Below, piece by piece: positions 15,781-31,091 of a stretch of DNA of 64,000 nucleotides (within the stretch, counting starts at the first letter, position 1; each line of letters opens with the position of its first letter). The stretch comes from the human T2T-CHM13v2.0 reference genome, Homo sapiens: assembly GCF_009914755.1 (NCBI RefSeq), contig NC_060933.1. The stretch is one strand, 5' to 3'. Position numbers and translations under genes: made by a program. The notes under the pieces were generated by a model, which searched no databases, was not told where the DNA came from, and saw only the letters and a list, made by a program, of their open reading frames with translations.

Positions 15781-17152
15781 AAAACATGCTGCTACCACTA
15801 TATGCTTAGTGTCCTGTGCATTTCAAGTCTGGGTGGTATGTCTAGCAGAAATATATTAACATGTCCCAGGCTGATGGTATTGAATAAAGGATTTAGATGG
15901 CCATAAAAAATGGATTTTGTATAATGGATTTCTGAGTTGATAAGAAAGCAGTATGAGTATATCACCATAATACAAAACTTAGTGATTTGAAATAAGGCAA
16001 ACATATCATCCATTTTGCCAGTGTAATGATAACACACACACTGTATAAACGGATATTGGAACATCAGTTTGTCACTGGGTGTTCAGGATGTAGAATATAC
16101 AACAACTTAAATTTTCACATTTAGTAAAGCTCTAGCTTCCTCTTATGCTAGCTCCATAAATAAGACAAACTTTTTCTTTCATCCTCTCTGATGGCCAATG
16201 CCGGCCTAAACTCTTGCCTGTTAGGAATTAGTACACATCTCCTAGCTCAGAGACACCTACACGAGTGACTCTTGGCCAGTGGAACCTGGTTCACTGTGCC
16301 CTCCAGTGTGGGGCCAGGCATTGTTCCTCTCCCTTGCTTGGCATCCCAGTCTTGTGGGCCCTCTTTCAGTTGTTCATTCACTCCCTGCTTCCTCTCTTCA
16401 CAAAAACTACTCTGTTGACCTTGGTTTAGAATTCTCTACCCACCCTCCACCCACCTCTTTATGCTGATCCTGTCCTTGTCCTGTCTTGCAAGGCTCAACA
16501 GTTAAGTCTCAGGGCAGCCTTCCCTCACCCTTCAGTCCTGCCGCTTTATATAACCATCCTGTAGACTCCTGCTATTTTCCATCAACCTGAGAGCCTCAGT
16601 TCCCTGGTGTGATAATGTGACTAAAGTCAGCCTCACCTAATTAAACAGGGAGCCCCCAGAAAGCAGGGCTCACTGTCATTCGGCAGTACATGCCCTGAGT
16701 CTGGCCCGTCCTTGCTGCAGCTCAGGAGAACTCAGCAGCCCAAGACAGCACCTTCGTAGGGCTCAGCAATACAGCTTGAACTAAGGGAGGGAGGGAAAGA
16801 AAGAGGCAGAGAATAAATGAATCAACTTAGCCAGAATTTTATAGTCAGAAGATCTACAAAGAAGTGGCTTTAATTTCAGCATATATTTGCTTTTAAAGAC
16901 AAAATGACATTTTAATGCTATTATTAGTGGTAGGGAATGGGTGAAATGTCCATGTGTTGGTGCTTGAGGTCACTAAACAACTTAACATAGCTCTGAGTAG
17001 AGGTTTCAAAGAGAGTTTTCAATGAAATGATTTGTTTTACAAAATAGGGCACATTATCTCCTGTTTTGTTGTGGAAACAAAACCCATAGAATAATTTCCC
17101 TTTTAAGCAATTCTTTGTTTCCATTGAGGGAAGCTGAACTCAGAATACGCCA

Positions 17153-17984
<832 letters not shown>

Positions 17985-19781
17985 TTTTGACTAGCTTCCT
18001 TAAGTATTTAAATTATTATGATTTGCAAAATAACCTTGAAAGTCATTCAGTCAAAATGGCTTTGAAATAAAATCATCATATGTTAAAGTAAGAAATTATA
18101 TCCTACATAATAAGGACAATAGATACATTAAAATAGTCTCATCAAGTATTTGCCTTTAGTTAGTAGTTATTTCTCTAAGAAAGTATTACCTTCAATTTTG
18201 AACAAAGTTTTCTTTCTTTTTTTTGGCAGTATCAGCCTTTTGCCAAGCTGAACACAAGAGGATGAAAAGAAAATCTGGGCTCGAATGTGCAATTTCATAT
18301 TTTCTGTTAAGGCAATTTACAACATATCATAAAGCTGCATTAATAAACAGATGTTCCACAGTCTGCAGAATATAAAATAAATGTCTTGAATAAGCTACGA
18401 AGACCAAGGCACTTTTCGGAGCAGATTTTTTTGTCTTAAAGTTTTATCTCATGCAAACACTGCATATAACACAAACTTATATAATCAATGCTTTTAGCAA
18501 AATGTCATAGTAGAACCAAGGCCCAGTTGTTAGCTGAAATCTATATAAATATAGGTATGTAGAATAGTTAGGAAATATAAATATTAGCATATGCTGTTTA
18601 TTGTTGATGATATCAATAATTCTTTTATGAACACAGAAAAGTTTTTTCTCTTTATATTCAAAATGAAGTTTTCTAATTACTCTCTTTTTCACAGGGTTCT
18701 CCCCGTCTGCAAATTATACCCATTACAGCTATTTCTTTTAAGTAAATATCTCCTTCAAGTCAGTCTTAGTTTCTCCAACACCTAGACAATGCCTGGCACA
18801 TGTAAAGGCATTCAGAATACAAGTAAATGCATGCATAAAATGAACAAATATATTTACAAGATATTTATAGACATGTGATAGGAATGTGGGGGCCAGGAAG
18901 AGGGATTCTAGCTTTTGGGTAGATACAATTGCAGATAATAACAATAACTTACAAGGTGCCTAAAATATCAAGTTACTGTTCTAAATGTGTTAGATCTATT
19001 GGTTCATATAGTGCTTGCAAAAGCCCTTGAAGTATACTTTTGTTATACTTACCATTATATAAATAGAGAAACTAAGGCAGGGAGAGGTTATGTTGTTCCA
19101 GGTTCACGTGACAATTCAATGGCAGAGCTTGATTCAAATTTCATACTTTTAACTTACGTACAATTTTGCCTACCATCAAGACATTCTTCTTGCTGAATGG
19201 AACAAGGCCCTCAAAGGGAATTTATGGAGTACTATTACACATAAATAACTCTGAATATAAGTAATTCTTCTGTGGAATGATTTCATCTTATATTCTCAGA
19301 GAATGATGCATTTTATGTCAAATAAGTACAGGAGAAAGAAAATGATTTTATAAATATTACTAACACTATCCTAACAAATGGAAGAGATATGATAAACTTT
19401 ACATTCTAATTTGAAATTTATGAAAATCATACACAAAACACTGTTTTGAGTAGACTCTATCTCTTATTTTTGTGAGGCCAAAATATCTAATACATTTATT
19501 TTATGAAATAAATGCTTAGGAATTATTTTATTTGTTGTTGTAAGGAATTATGCCTACTGCAATGGACAAAGCATTGTGATTAGTGTTGGGTCTTTTGGCT
19601 CAGACTAACCTAAAGGGAACAAAGAGGAACAACCAGATGGTGAAACGGAGGTTCCTCCATCCTCTGATAGCTTGACTACCATTGCATTTTAGTAAATCCT
19701 TAAATCATATACTATGATTATGACAACTTAATCTTTTTTGTAATTGATGATGGAGTTGATAAGTTCTTGTATACCCTTGCT

Positions 19782-20304
19782 TGTTAGATCAGCAGAGACA
19801 CAGGACAGACATCAGGAAGAATTTTCTAGCTGGGGTGTTGTTAATCACTTGCCCACAGTAAGAAAAAGCCTGCAAAGCAGCCTTTTTTTTGATGAGAGTT
19901 AAGGCAATAAAACTATTAATAGTCTAACCCAGTAACAGCTGAATTGGCCAGATATCCTTTAAGGCTTCTCAGAAGCCTCCTCAGTACATGAACTTGAGCT
20001 CTTACGTAATTTTCTCATTCATAGTGACTGCATTGTGCTTGCAATCTCATGTCCTATTATTTAAGGTACTTAGTGCATCACTGCATACATGACCTTAGGT
20101 CTTGCCATTATTTGTAATCCCTGTACTGGAAGAAGAGAGACATTCTGACTGGCATTAACTCAACATTTTCTGTGATGAACTATTACATAGGGCTCAGAAT
20201 GCATTTTTGTCTGCTATACAGAAATAATCTGTTAATTCTATGTGATAAACAATACTGCTAAAAATCTCAGAATTAATCAAACTTACCATCAATTAATTTC
20301 AAAT
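19782..20304 (+). repeat. Local direct duplication, copy 2 (no Alu)
   Basis: Shares gaagaattttctagctggggtgttgttaatcactt and ctcagaattaatcaaacttaccatcaattaatttcaaat with copy 1. Confidence 0.9.
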
Positions 20305-20773
20305 GTTCACTAATTATTAGTGAGAGAGGAGTGTTGAATTATCTAAACATAATTGTACATTTGTTATTTCTTCTTTTAGTTCAATTAGTGTTTGCCTTTT
20401 GCCAAATTTGGGTAATTTTTCCTGTTAGGTTTTCAAAATTCTTTCAGCACTGCGCTCCTTTTCCTTTTCTCCTCTGAGACTCAGATGACATGTGTGTTGG
20501 AACTTTAGTTATTGTTCCTCAAGTCTCTAAGGCTCTAATCAAGACTTTTTCATCGTTTTTTCTCTCTATTGTTCAGATTAGATAATTTCTGTTGATTTAT
20601 ATTCACGATAACAGATTCTTACCTCTTTAGTTTTATTGTAATAAAAAGCTTACTTAGAATTTTGTATGTCAGTTATTGGATTTTTTGGTCCTAATATATT
20701 CATTTTGTTCCTTTTTACATCTTCTATTTATTTTCTGATACTTCTAGTTTTCCATTGGTATAAAAGTGTTTGC

Positions 20774-21094
<321 letters not shown>

Positions 21095-23080
21095 TTATAA
21101 AAGCTGCTTTAAAATCCTTGTGATGTAATTCAAATTTCTGTTTCTTCTCAGTATTGGTAGCTACTTAGTACTGATTGTCTTTTCTCATGTGGGGTGCAGT
21201 TTATCTGTTTTTTTTGTAATTTTGGATTGCATCATGGACATTAAGCTTTGAGGCCTGGGTCTTCATAAAATATTAGGCGGATGGATGCTATTTTTGTTTT
21301 AGAAGCAATTGACCTTGTCATATTCAAGCTGCAAGTTCCAATCTCTGTTTTGTGAGCTGTGGTTCCAATAATCGAGTTTTCAAAACCTTTCCAGTTTGCT
21401 TCAGATATGTCCTGGTGGTCAGTGTGGAACTCGGATAATAATCTGCTAGCTTCGTTCTCAAAATCTTTGGTTAACTAATTAGGAGCAGATCCACACACAT
21501 GCAGCTTGGGGATGCGCTCAGTTCATTAAAAACTTTATGGTGTCACTTTCTCATACTCCTTCCTCTCCACAATGTCTCCAATATTTTCTGGTTTCCTGGA
21601 GCTCCTCTTTTCTGTTTTCTGGCCAGAATGCTGGGTCTTTGATTACGGTACTCTGCTACAGTGTTTCATGGCTGCACCCATGTTTGGAGCCAGGTGACAG
21701 GTGGCAAAATGAGAAAAGACTTTAAAAAGTTTGCATCACCCTCTTGGGATCACTACTGCACCAACTGGAGAGGAAGATGCCCTGGCCTCAGGGTTTTGTT
21801 TCTCCTAGGCACCACCTACTGCTGCCAACACAGGAATTCTTGGGGGCCAGATCACAAGGGCTCAGAGAAAACAAACAACAACAAAACGGAGGGATTTCTG
21901 CATTCCCTCAGAGTAATAAGAGTCCTCTTTCCTGCCCAAACTTGTAGGGCTTATCCTTGATCTCAGCAATTGCTGAGAAACTGTTTCACCCTTTACATGG
22001 AAAACAGACTTTCTTGTTTGCCTCATCCCTACCAGTGTCTTTCTGCCTACACCTAAGTTCAATTACCAGCTGCCCTTTATCATTGAACTTAATGCTTTCT
22101 TCTCATAGTAGAATTAAGAGGAAAGTAAAATATTTTTTGTACCTATATCTTTATTATATTTAGACAAATCACAGAGTGAGAGAGTAGGGGTTTCAAGAAC
22201 AATAGGAGAGAGACAGAGAAGAGAGAAAGAACTGCTTGTGGAAATGCAGAATATCCCACATTTTCAATGTGGAAAGTGTATGAGGGTCTGAAAGAAAATA
22301 CTCAGTTTTTTTTGTCCTGTAAGAGGCAGCATTGACAAATGTGTACCAGAGTTTGGGTACATTTGAGCCAGTTCTTCAGAATCGTGGGGTGGGAAATAGA
22401 ACAAAATTATTTACACCTAATTCTAGGCAGATAAGTGTGCTTCAAGGAAAGGCAAGGGCCTGGCTAGATTCTAGATGTTTTTAAACTGGAGGCCAGAGAC
22501 AGCTTTAGGGAGTCTATATACAGGCACAAATTTATTTCTTTTATATTCTTCTTGCTCTTTGAAAACGGTCTTTATGCAAATACACACTATATAACCAAAG
22601 TTTCTCTTTGTTCCAGGCAGGAGTAGGGCTGATTGGAGCCATTGTACAGTGTCGGGAACATACCAGGACACTGAGAATAGTGTCATGTCATAAGGACCCA
22701 GAGCAGATGGACCCTGCTGTGATGCACAAAGGTGAGGGTGCAGCTGCCCAGGACACACTCATGCATGTTTGTGTGGACCATGGAAGATGGCAGGGGAAGA
22801 GCTGTCAGGTTGTTGGGGCAGAGGGTGCGCATGAGTACTCGCCTGTAAGTCATGTTGTAGAATCACCTCTCACAGCCGCTGTATCTTCCCACCAGCATCA
22901 CCAGATAACTCCTTTATCATCACTTCAGTAATGCTTGATTTTGTCTGACTTTTTTATGTTTACCAGTTCAGATAAAGAGAATTGCACTCTCATCATTGCT
23001 ATAATGTACACTTTTTTGACTACTAATGAGTCTGAGAATCTTCAGATACATTTGTTAGTCATTAATGTTTTCTCTCTCTC

Positions 23081-23376
23081 TTTTTTCTGTTTTTTGAGAT
23101 GGAATCTTGCTCTGTTGCCCACGCTGGAGTGCAGTGGCATGATCTCAGCTCACTGCAACCTCTGCCTCCTGGGTTCAAGTGATTCTCCTGCCTCAGCCTC
23201 CTGAGTAGCTGGGGCTACAGATGCCCCCCCACCACACCCAGCTAATTTTTGTATTTTTAGTAGAGACGGGGTTTCACCATGTTGGCCAGGCTGGTCTCAA
23301 ACTCCTGACCTCGTGATCCGTCTGCCTCAGACTCCCAGAGTGCTGGGATTACAGGGGTGAGCCACCGCACCCGGCC
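23081..23376 (-). mobile_element. AluS
   Basis: Antisense Alu; TSD atgttttctct. Confidence 0.92.
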
Positions 23377-25544
23377 ATGTTTTCTCTTCTTAATCTGTTT
23401 GTACTTTCATTTACTTTTTCTTTCCTCTATAATAAGAGGTTTTTATTTTGGATATCAATCTTTATATCTTCAATAATGTTATAAATATCTTTTTGTTCCC
23501 ACTAGCTTTTCTTACAAACTTATTCCTAGTGTCTTGTTGCACAGAAATTTTATTTTATTATGGTCAACTTTGTCAGCCTTTATCTTTATAATTTGTATGG
23601 GGTTGTTTTCTTGTTTGTTTTTGATTTGTATAAAAGTGATTTTTTACCCTAAAGTCAAAAGTTAAAATTTAATGTTTTCTTCCTATTTCAGAGGACCACG
23701 CAAGATATGATAAAGATCTACATCACTGAATTTTGGTTCCATTTTTGTATCTCAGCTTCCCGGAAATAAAAAAGAATTCTAACATTCATACTTTCAGTAT
23801 TTTATGTGAGAGGTTTTCTTGTCAAAATCAAGTCTGAGAGCAATGTTTGTTGGGGCCTTTAATTGGAGTCACCAAGCGATAAAGGGGACATTGTCCTCAA
23901 CAATAACCCTATAATAAACATGTTTTGGACAATAAATATATGACAATTTCTTAAAAGCAATTTCTTGGGCAATCAAGACAGTATGGCTTGAGTATGGAGT
24001 TATACGATGGTTTGGATTAATCCAGTATTAAATCTTTGGTTATTACAGAAATCAATGGAGCCTATTCTTCCAAATAATCCTTAAATATTACTTATCTCAA
24101 CTGAGATTTTGGTGAAAATTTAGCTTTAGAGCTTTTATTGACCTGCCAATGACCTGAAGTTAAGATTATTCTTTTCTACTGAATGAAGACAAACTACCTT
24201 ATAAAAATTAACCCAGAAGGCTGTAGAGGTGATTTGTTTTCTTTATTTCTGATGACAGTTAAATAGCTTGACTAAAACTCTTGGTTCCCTAAATGGCTTT
24301 TCTGCTTTTGGATGGTGGTAGCCTGGGGAACGTAAGGAAAGCAGATATCTCCCAAAACTGGGAATAAAATACATGATTTATTCCAATACATTCCAGGAAA
24401 CCCCATTTCTAAGCTCTTTAAACTAAAACATTACTGTAAACATGTTGGCCTAAAATTTTTCAGAGCTAGAAATGTTCAGAGCAATAGCTGCCAGTTGCCA
24501 CCATGATGTTAGGAAATTCTCATTAATTCTTACATGACGGTTGTCTACATAGAGATGAAACACTTGACTAAATTGTCAGCAGCATAATTGTATCCATACA
24601 GACAGATAGAACAAATCCAATGCTGTGATGTAGTTTAAATGTGCACATGTTAACTGATTAGAGAGCTAGAAAATGGAGGGTATTTTTAGCAGCATATGAT
24701 AAATATATTTCTGACTGTTGAATATTGTTTAACTGCTTTGTTCTAGTTACTGGGGATTATATAGTAGGAAGTAATACAGACAGATGTCACGTCCTGATGG
24801 GCCTTGTATTTCAGGGATGAAATGGGATTTTGTTGGCGCCAAGACCTGATTGCTTTGCCAGTTACCCTCACCCCTGGCTCACGAGGAAAGTGTATGGAGG
24901 AGATTCTCGAGGAACCACATGAGTTTTAATATCATAAGCTTCTGCCCTGAATTGAAAGGTAATTTTTTGTTGAGGAAGGCTGAGCCACACTTATCCACAA
25001 TGCCTCCTTTGGCATAGGCCCTAGATAACCCAAAGTGTGTTCTCTCAAACAGATGGAGAAAATTAGAGGATAGAAAATATCAAGATTGTTACTGAGGATG
25101 CTGCCAGCTGAACCACCATTTATGTTTTTCATAGAACAAAACTTCAAGGAGTTTAAGTAGTCAGAGTGTGGCCAGCTTTTCCTTGGAAGTATTTATGCAA
25201 GGAAGATGTTTTATATTCTGGAAGAGGGCATATGTGAAGGGCATTTCGGAATGATGTAAGGTGTATGCACAGGTCATGTGATGGAGTGGTCTGGGGTAGC
25301 AGGACATGTGACAGGCCTCGAAGTTCGCCACTGCAAGCATGGAGCCCATATCCACAACATCTTAAAGCGCAGAAGCTGGGCTGTGGGGTAGAGTAGTTCA
25401 AGCCAAAAATCACAACTTGGTTTGCAAAATGAGAGGGAAGAGAAACTTCCCTAAAGAGAATTAGAAAAAGTAAAACTCATGAGGTAAAGCTGTATAGATT
25501 TGAAATAATAAATCCTTACAATTTTTACTTCCACTGGTCGATGG

Positions 25545-25773
25545 CAGGGTTTCTTAATCTTAGCAGTATTAACCTTTTGAGTCAGATAATTTTTAATTCT
25601 TCTTGCAGAGGAGAAGAGAGGGTACAGGCTGTTCTGTGCACGATGGCATGCTTAGCAGCATCCATAGCCTGTACTCATTAAGTGCCAGTAGCAACCCCCA
25701 GTTTTGACAACCCAAGATGTCTCCAGACATTTTCTTCCCTGGAGGCAAAAACAGCCCTGGTTGGGAAGCACTG
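25545..25773 (-). mobile_element. MER20 (hAT-Charlie DNA transposon)
   Basis: cagggtttctt...gatgtctccagacat...ctggttgggaagcactg matches the MER20 reverse complement. Confidence 0.8.
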
Positions 25774-26730
25774 GTTTATGAATAGAAATAAAACTGTAGT
25801 GTTCTCCAGCCAAACAAACAACAACAAAATTAAACAGCATATATTCAATTTATTGCCTTCCTTGGCTAGTACATAACTCACTACAATTAAAGCTTCCCAT
25901 TAGAAATTCTTCCTGGGCTTAAAAAAAAAAAGCTATCAAGAGAAGCAATTTAGTAAGCTGGGTTTTAGGAATATGCTCTTAATTTTGCCTAAAATGTGGC
26001 ATGCAAGGGGAGAGTTATGTAATCATTTTAAGTAAATAAGTTTCATTAAAAAAAAAACCCTTAAAATGGTTTGATTCAAAAATACTGAAATCTCTTATCA
26101 TAGAAGCATAAATCTGAATAGTTTGGTTATTTAAATATAACTTACTGTGAAATCATCAAGGAACATAGCTAATTGAACCTATCATTCTAGCCTACATCAT
26201 CCTGTGCATTTCACAAAATCCTAATGAAAACTACACGAAGCTCAAAGTATAGATAAACATATCAGTGTTGACAACCGTGAAACCACGCTATCCAAAGGCT
26301 ACGAGCTCTGAGGAATTCCTGTTAGCTACAGCACATGTAGGATCAATGAAGGAAGAAAATGAAGCCTCCTGGGAGACAAAATTATGCCAGGACAAAGCTG
26401 AAGAAGAGCAACACCTGTCGGAAATGTCCTAAGATAAATTTCGAAAGGTGCCAGGCTTGGAGGTGGGGCAGGCACCGCCGGAAGAGACACCTTCCCTTTG
26501 GGGCTTTCTTTGCCTGTGACAAGAACAGCACTTGATGCCCTTAGAATAGTTCCTGGAACATCTGAATAAATATCTGTGGAATGGCTGAATCAGGGGTGAG
26601 GACTGGTGTTCAGGTGGGGCCCCCTCAATAGTATGACCACAACGGAATCTCCACCTGGCAGGGAGTCATCCTGATGCTACAGGAGCTCGTCTCTGCATTA
26701 GGAGGTCCTGTTCTACTTCCAGTTGCAAAT

Positions 26731-26869
26731 ATTACATATATTTATGTATGTGAGTTCTTTTATATATATATACACGTATATACGTGTATATACGTATATA
26801 TACACATATATAATGTATATATACATATAGATATATACATATATATACACACACACACACACATATATG

Positions 26870-26900
<31 letters not shown>
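26731..26900. repeat. (TA)n/(CA)n compound microsatellite
   Basis: Seen directly. Confidence 0.95.
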
Positions 26901-26901
<1 letters not shown>

Positions 26902-26902
26902 G

Positions 26903-27224
26903 CCGCCCAACAAGTTCCCTTTGCCCGCTGCCTAGACAGAGCTGATTTATCAAGAGAGGGGAATTGCAATAGAGAAAGAGTCATTCTTGCAGAGCCAGCT
27001 GGGCGGGAGACTGGAGTTTTATTATTGCTCAAATCAGTCTCCCCGAGCGTTTGGGGATCAGAGATTTTAAGGATAATATGGCATGGTCTCAGGAAGTGGG
27101 GAGTGCTGATTGGTCAGGTTGGAGATGGAATCACAGGGGGATCAAAGTGAGGTTTTCTTGCTGCCTTCTGTTCCTGGGTGGGATGGCAGAACTGGTTGAG
27201 CCACATTACCGGTTTGGGTGGTGT
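26903..27224 (-). mobile_element. ERV1 LTR, LTR8-like, 3' half
   Basis: gcccgctgcctagacagagctgatttatcaaga...ctcaaatcagtctccccgagc. Confidence 0.65.
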
Positions 27225-27512
27225 TGATGGCAGCGGCCCATCTGGAGAGGCTGCTGCCAAGATGCCGGCTGCAGCAGGGGAGGCGCCGCAGGGCCGCGCG
27301 CCTTGTGGAGCCGGCGGGAGCTGAGAACAGGAAGGAAAGAGCCCTGCCGGCTTCTGAGCTGGTGGGGAGGGGACCCTGCAGTCCCAGGCGCAAGGGCAGC
27401 TGCCCAGCCACGGCTTCAGACCCGGGCATCCGTGTCCTCTCCGGCGGGGGTTGGGGGTGGTGGCGGGGGGTTGGGGGAGGTGGCGGGGGGTTGGGGGAGG
27501 GCACGGGAAGCC
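27225..27512 (+). mobile_element. MER52-like GC-rich LTR fragment
   Basis: tgatggcagcggcccatctggag...gccggctgcagcagggg...gacccgggcatcc. Confidence 0.65.
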
Positions 27513-27793
27513 TATATTAGACCAAATATCATGTTATATTTTGTGTATTCATTTTTTAACCCATAACAATCCAAACTAGATTTTCTTACTGATTTATTTT
27601 GCTTGTTTATTAATCTCATTATGTAGAATATATTTTGGAAGTTGCCTTAATAGTTTTTAGAGGAAAACAGGATAAAAATAAATAAATATGTAAAAGATGC
27701 CAGTTTTCCTTATATGTATATGTAATGGTGTAAAAAAGCACTAAATAAAATAATCCGTGTAGTGGCTAGGGAAATAATTAAAGTTAGGTTTTT

Positions 27794-28137
<344 letters not shown>

Positions 28138-28865
28138 TTATAAAAGTATATTTCAGAAAAGGGTGCAGCAAATATCTTTTGAAAATTCAAGGGCAGAGGT
28201 ATTTCTGGCAGAAGTAATGATATGAGACATTTACTACAATATTGTTTCTACTTATGCTTCTGTAGTTTACTAAAGGCAATTATTGTTTCATTGGAAATGT
28301 AATTAATGAACGTGACCCTCAGTACCATAGATTGGGAGCCACAAGGCTGGCCCTGGGCTGACTGTGGTTGGACTCACTCAGGAACCGGCTTGGCTGGTCT
28401 CCTTTAAATAACTGCTGCCAGCTACTGCCAGGAGTTGCAGGATGGGAGGAAGGGAAGCTGACTGGCCCAGCTGATCCATAAACAGCCCTTTAATAGCACT
28501 GCAGTTGCTTGTGATGAGTGCCTGGGATTCTAGGTTTGTTTTAATAGCACTGCAGTTGCTTGTGAGGCGCGTGCCTGGGATTCTAGGTTTGTTTTAATCT
28601 TTCTTTTGTGAGGGGTTTCCATCTCACCCTCAACTCTGTTCTTTGCATCGTTCGGGCTACACATCCCAGTGTGTTCCCATCTCCTCCTGCCCTCTAGGCT
28701 GCTGAAGGTTTTGCATCCTGTTCTCAGCATGGACACATATCTTCTCTTTTGTCCATCACATGGTCATTTCAATAGGATGTTGGTAGAATAGGAAGAAGAT
28801 GCACGTGTGTTTAACTAATCATTTTTAATTAGAAAGCCAGAGGTTGAATTGAAAAACAACTCATA

Positions 28866-29170
28866 TTGAAACTGCATTTGCAATAATTATAACAGTGAGG
28901 AAATTATGGCAGTGGGGAAGATCTAATATAGCCAACTTCCCTCTTATATTTTACCTTCATGTTGCCTTAATTATTACTGGGCTTAGGATGGGCTAGCTTT
29001 GGGAGACATGTAGTTTACAGTTTAAATAATAATGGTCCTTCTCCAAAACCCAACCACCTTTATAAAGCTAATGAGAGACCACCAGGCTGGGAGGAGAGGA
29101 GCCTGAATTCTGCAAAGGTGTAGACATAAAAGACTGCCAGCCATTATTTCAGAGGTCACGAGATATGCAC
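28866..29170 (+). mobile_element. ERV1 LTR, LTR8A/B-like, 5' half
   Basis: tgaaactgcatttgcaataattataacagtgaggaaattatgg start. Confidence 0.6.
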
Positions 29171-29754
29171 ACCTGTAAGTCACCAGTCAGCAGGAGCTAT
29201 AGTCTTGGAAGGCCAGAGCTATAACCAGACATGTGCTCAGGAGAAAGGGGACTGCAGCAGGGAGAAGAGTGGGCAGCAGGAAAAATGTATCTCCGCCTCC
29301 CAGGTTCAAGCGATTCTCCTGCTTCAGCCTCCCAAGTAGCTGGGATTACAGGAGTTCAAGGAGGTCAGGAGTTCAAGACCAGCCTGGCCAACATGATGAA
29401 ACCCCACCTCTACTAAAAATACAGGCTTAAGATTTAAAATAAAATAAATAAAATAAAATAGTAAACATCCCTGCCAGCCTGCTGAATTGACCTTAGAGAG
29501 TAGGGTGTGTAGTGGGTGTGACTCTCACTGTCACCATTGCTAAGTGCTTACTGACATCTTTCAGTCTTGGGGACCCATCCTCTGCTAAACTCTGCCATAA
29601 GAAGGTCATACATCCCCACTGCCTGTGATGTCTCAGTTTTGTTTTCTCGTTTCCTCTTACCTTTATGCAATCAGTTTCTAGGAAGATGTTGTTTTTTTCT
29701 TTTTTATGATTGAAAGAATTTGGTTAGTTTGACCCCATACCATTTCACTTTCAG

Positions 29755-31091
29755 CACGTGCTCTCTACGGTTAATGTCATCCTTGGGAAGCCCGTCTTGA
29801 ACACCTGGAAGGTTTTACAACAGCAACGGACCAAGCAGAGTTCACAGCTACTACATTCAGTGGGAAGGTTTTCCCAAGCACTACAATTAGGAGATAGCCC
29901 TCCTTTGTCCTTCTCCCAAACTAATGTGCAGATGAGCAGCATGGTAATCATGTCCAGCCACCCAAAAACCTATCAACAGAGGTTTGTTTTCCCATACTTT
30001 GACCTCTGGGGCAATGTGGTCATTGACAAGAGCTATCTAGAAAACTTGCCATCAGATTCACCTATTGTCACCATGGCTTTCCCAACTCTCCAAGCCATCC
30101 TTGCCCAGGGTATCCAGGAAAATAATTTTGCAGAGAGCTTAGTGATGACGACCACTGTCAGCCATAATGTGACTATGCCATTCAGCATTTCAATGACTTT
30201 TAAGAACAACAGCCCTTCAGGCGGCGAAACAACATGTGTCTTCTGGAACTTCAGGCTTTCCAACAACACGGGGGGTGGGACAGCAGTGGGTGCTATGTTG
30301 AAGAAGGTGATGGGGACAATGTCACCTGTATCTGTGACTACCTAACATCATTCTCCATTCTCAAGTCCCCTGACTCCCCAGATCCTGGTTCTCTCCTGGG
30401 AATACTACTGGATATTATTTCTTATGTTGGGGTGGGCTTTTCCATCTTCAGCTTGGCGGCCTGTCTAGTTGTGGAAACTGTGGTGTGGAAATCAGTGACC
30501 AAGAACCAGACTTCCTATATGCGCCACATCTGCATAGTGAATGTTGCTGCCTCCCTTCTGGTCGCCAACACCTGGTTCATTGTGGTCGCTGCCATCCAGG
30601 ACAATCACTACATACTCTGCAAGACAGCCTGTGTGGCTGCCACCTTCTTCATCCACTTCTTCTACCTCAGCATCTTCTTCTGGATGCTGACACTGGGCCT
30701 CATGTTGTTCTATCGCCTGGTTTTCATTCTGCACGAAACAAGCAGGTCCACTCAGAAAGCCATTGCCTTCTGTCTTGGCTACGGCTGCCCTACCTGCCAT
30801 CTTGGTCATCATGCTGGGAGCCACCCAGCCCTGGGAAGTCTATATGAGGAAGAATGTCTGTTGGCTCAACTGGGAGGACACCAAGGCCCTGCTGGCTTTT
30901 GCCATCCCAGCACTGATCATTGTGGTGGTGAACATAACCATCACTATTGTGGTCATCACCAAGATCCTGAGGCCTTCCATTGGAGACAAGCCATGCAAGC
31001 AGGAGAAGAGCAGCCTGTTTCAGATCAGCAAGAGCACTGGGGTCCTCACGCCACTCTGGGGCCTCACTTGGGGTTTTGATCTCACCACTGT
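29755..31091 (+). pseudogene. ADGRF5P: ADGRF5 (GPR116) unprocessed fragment: large exon encoding GAIN/GPS and TM1-TM6
   Basis: Three overlapping ORFs join into HVLSTVNVILGKP...CVFWNF...WDSSGC...CICDYLTSFSILKSPDS...CWLNWEDTKALLAF...GLTWGF. Acceptor tttcag at 29749-29754. Frameshifts at ~30269 and ~30791; homology stops within TM6. Confidence 0.95.

Noticed and set aside
26674-27150. 158-aa ORF and antisense Y/I/V/C-rich ORFs
   Set aside because: Microsatellite and LTR translation.
28488-28597. ~52-bp tandem duplication (a similar one at 58770-58853)
   Set aside because: Ordinary slippage duplications with no further structure.
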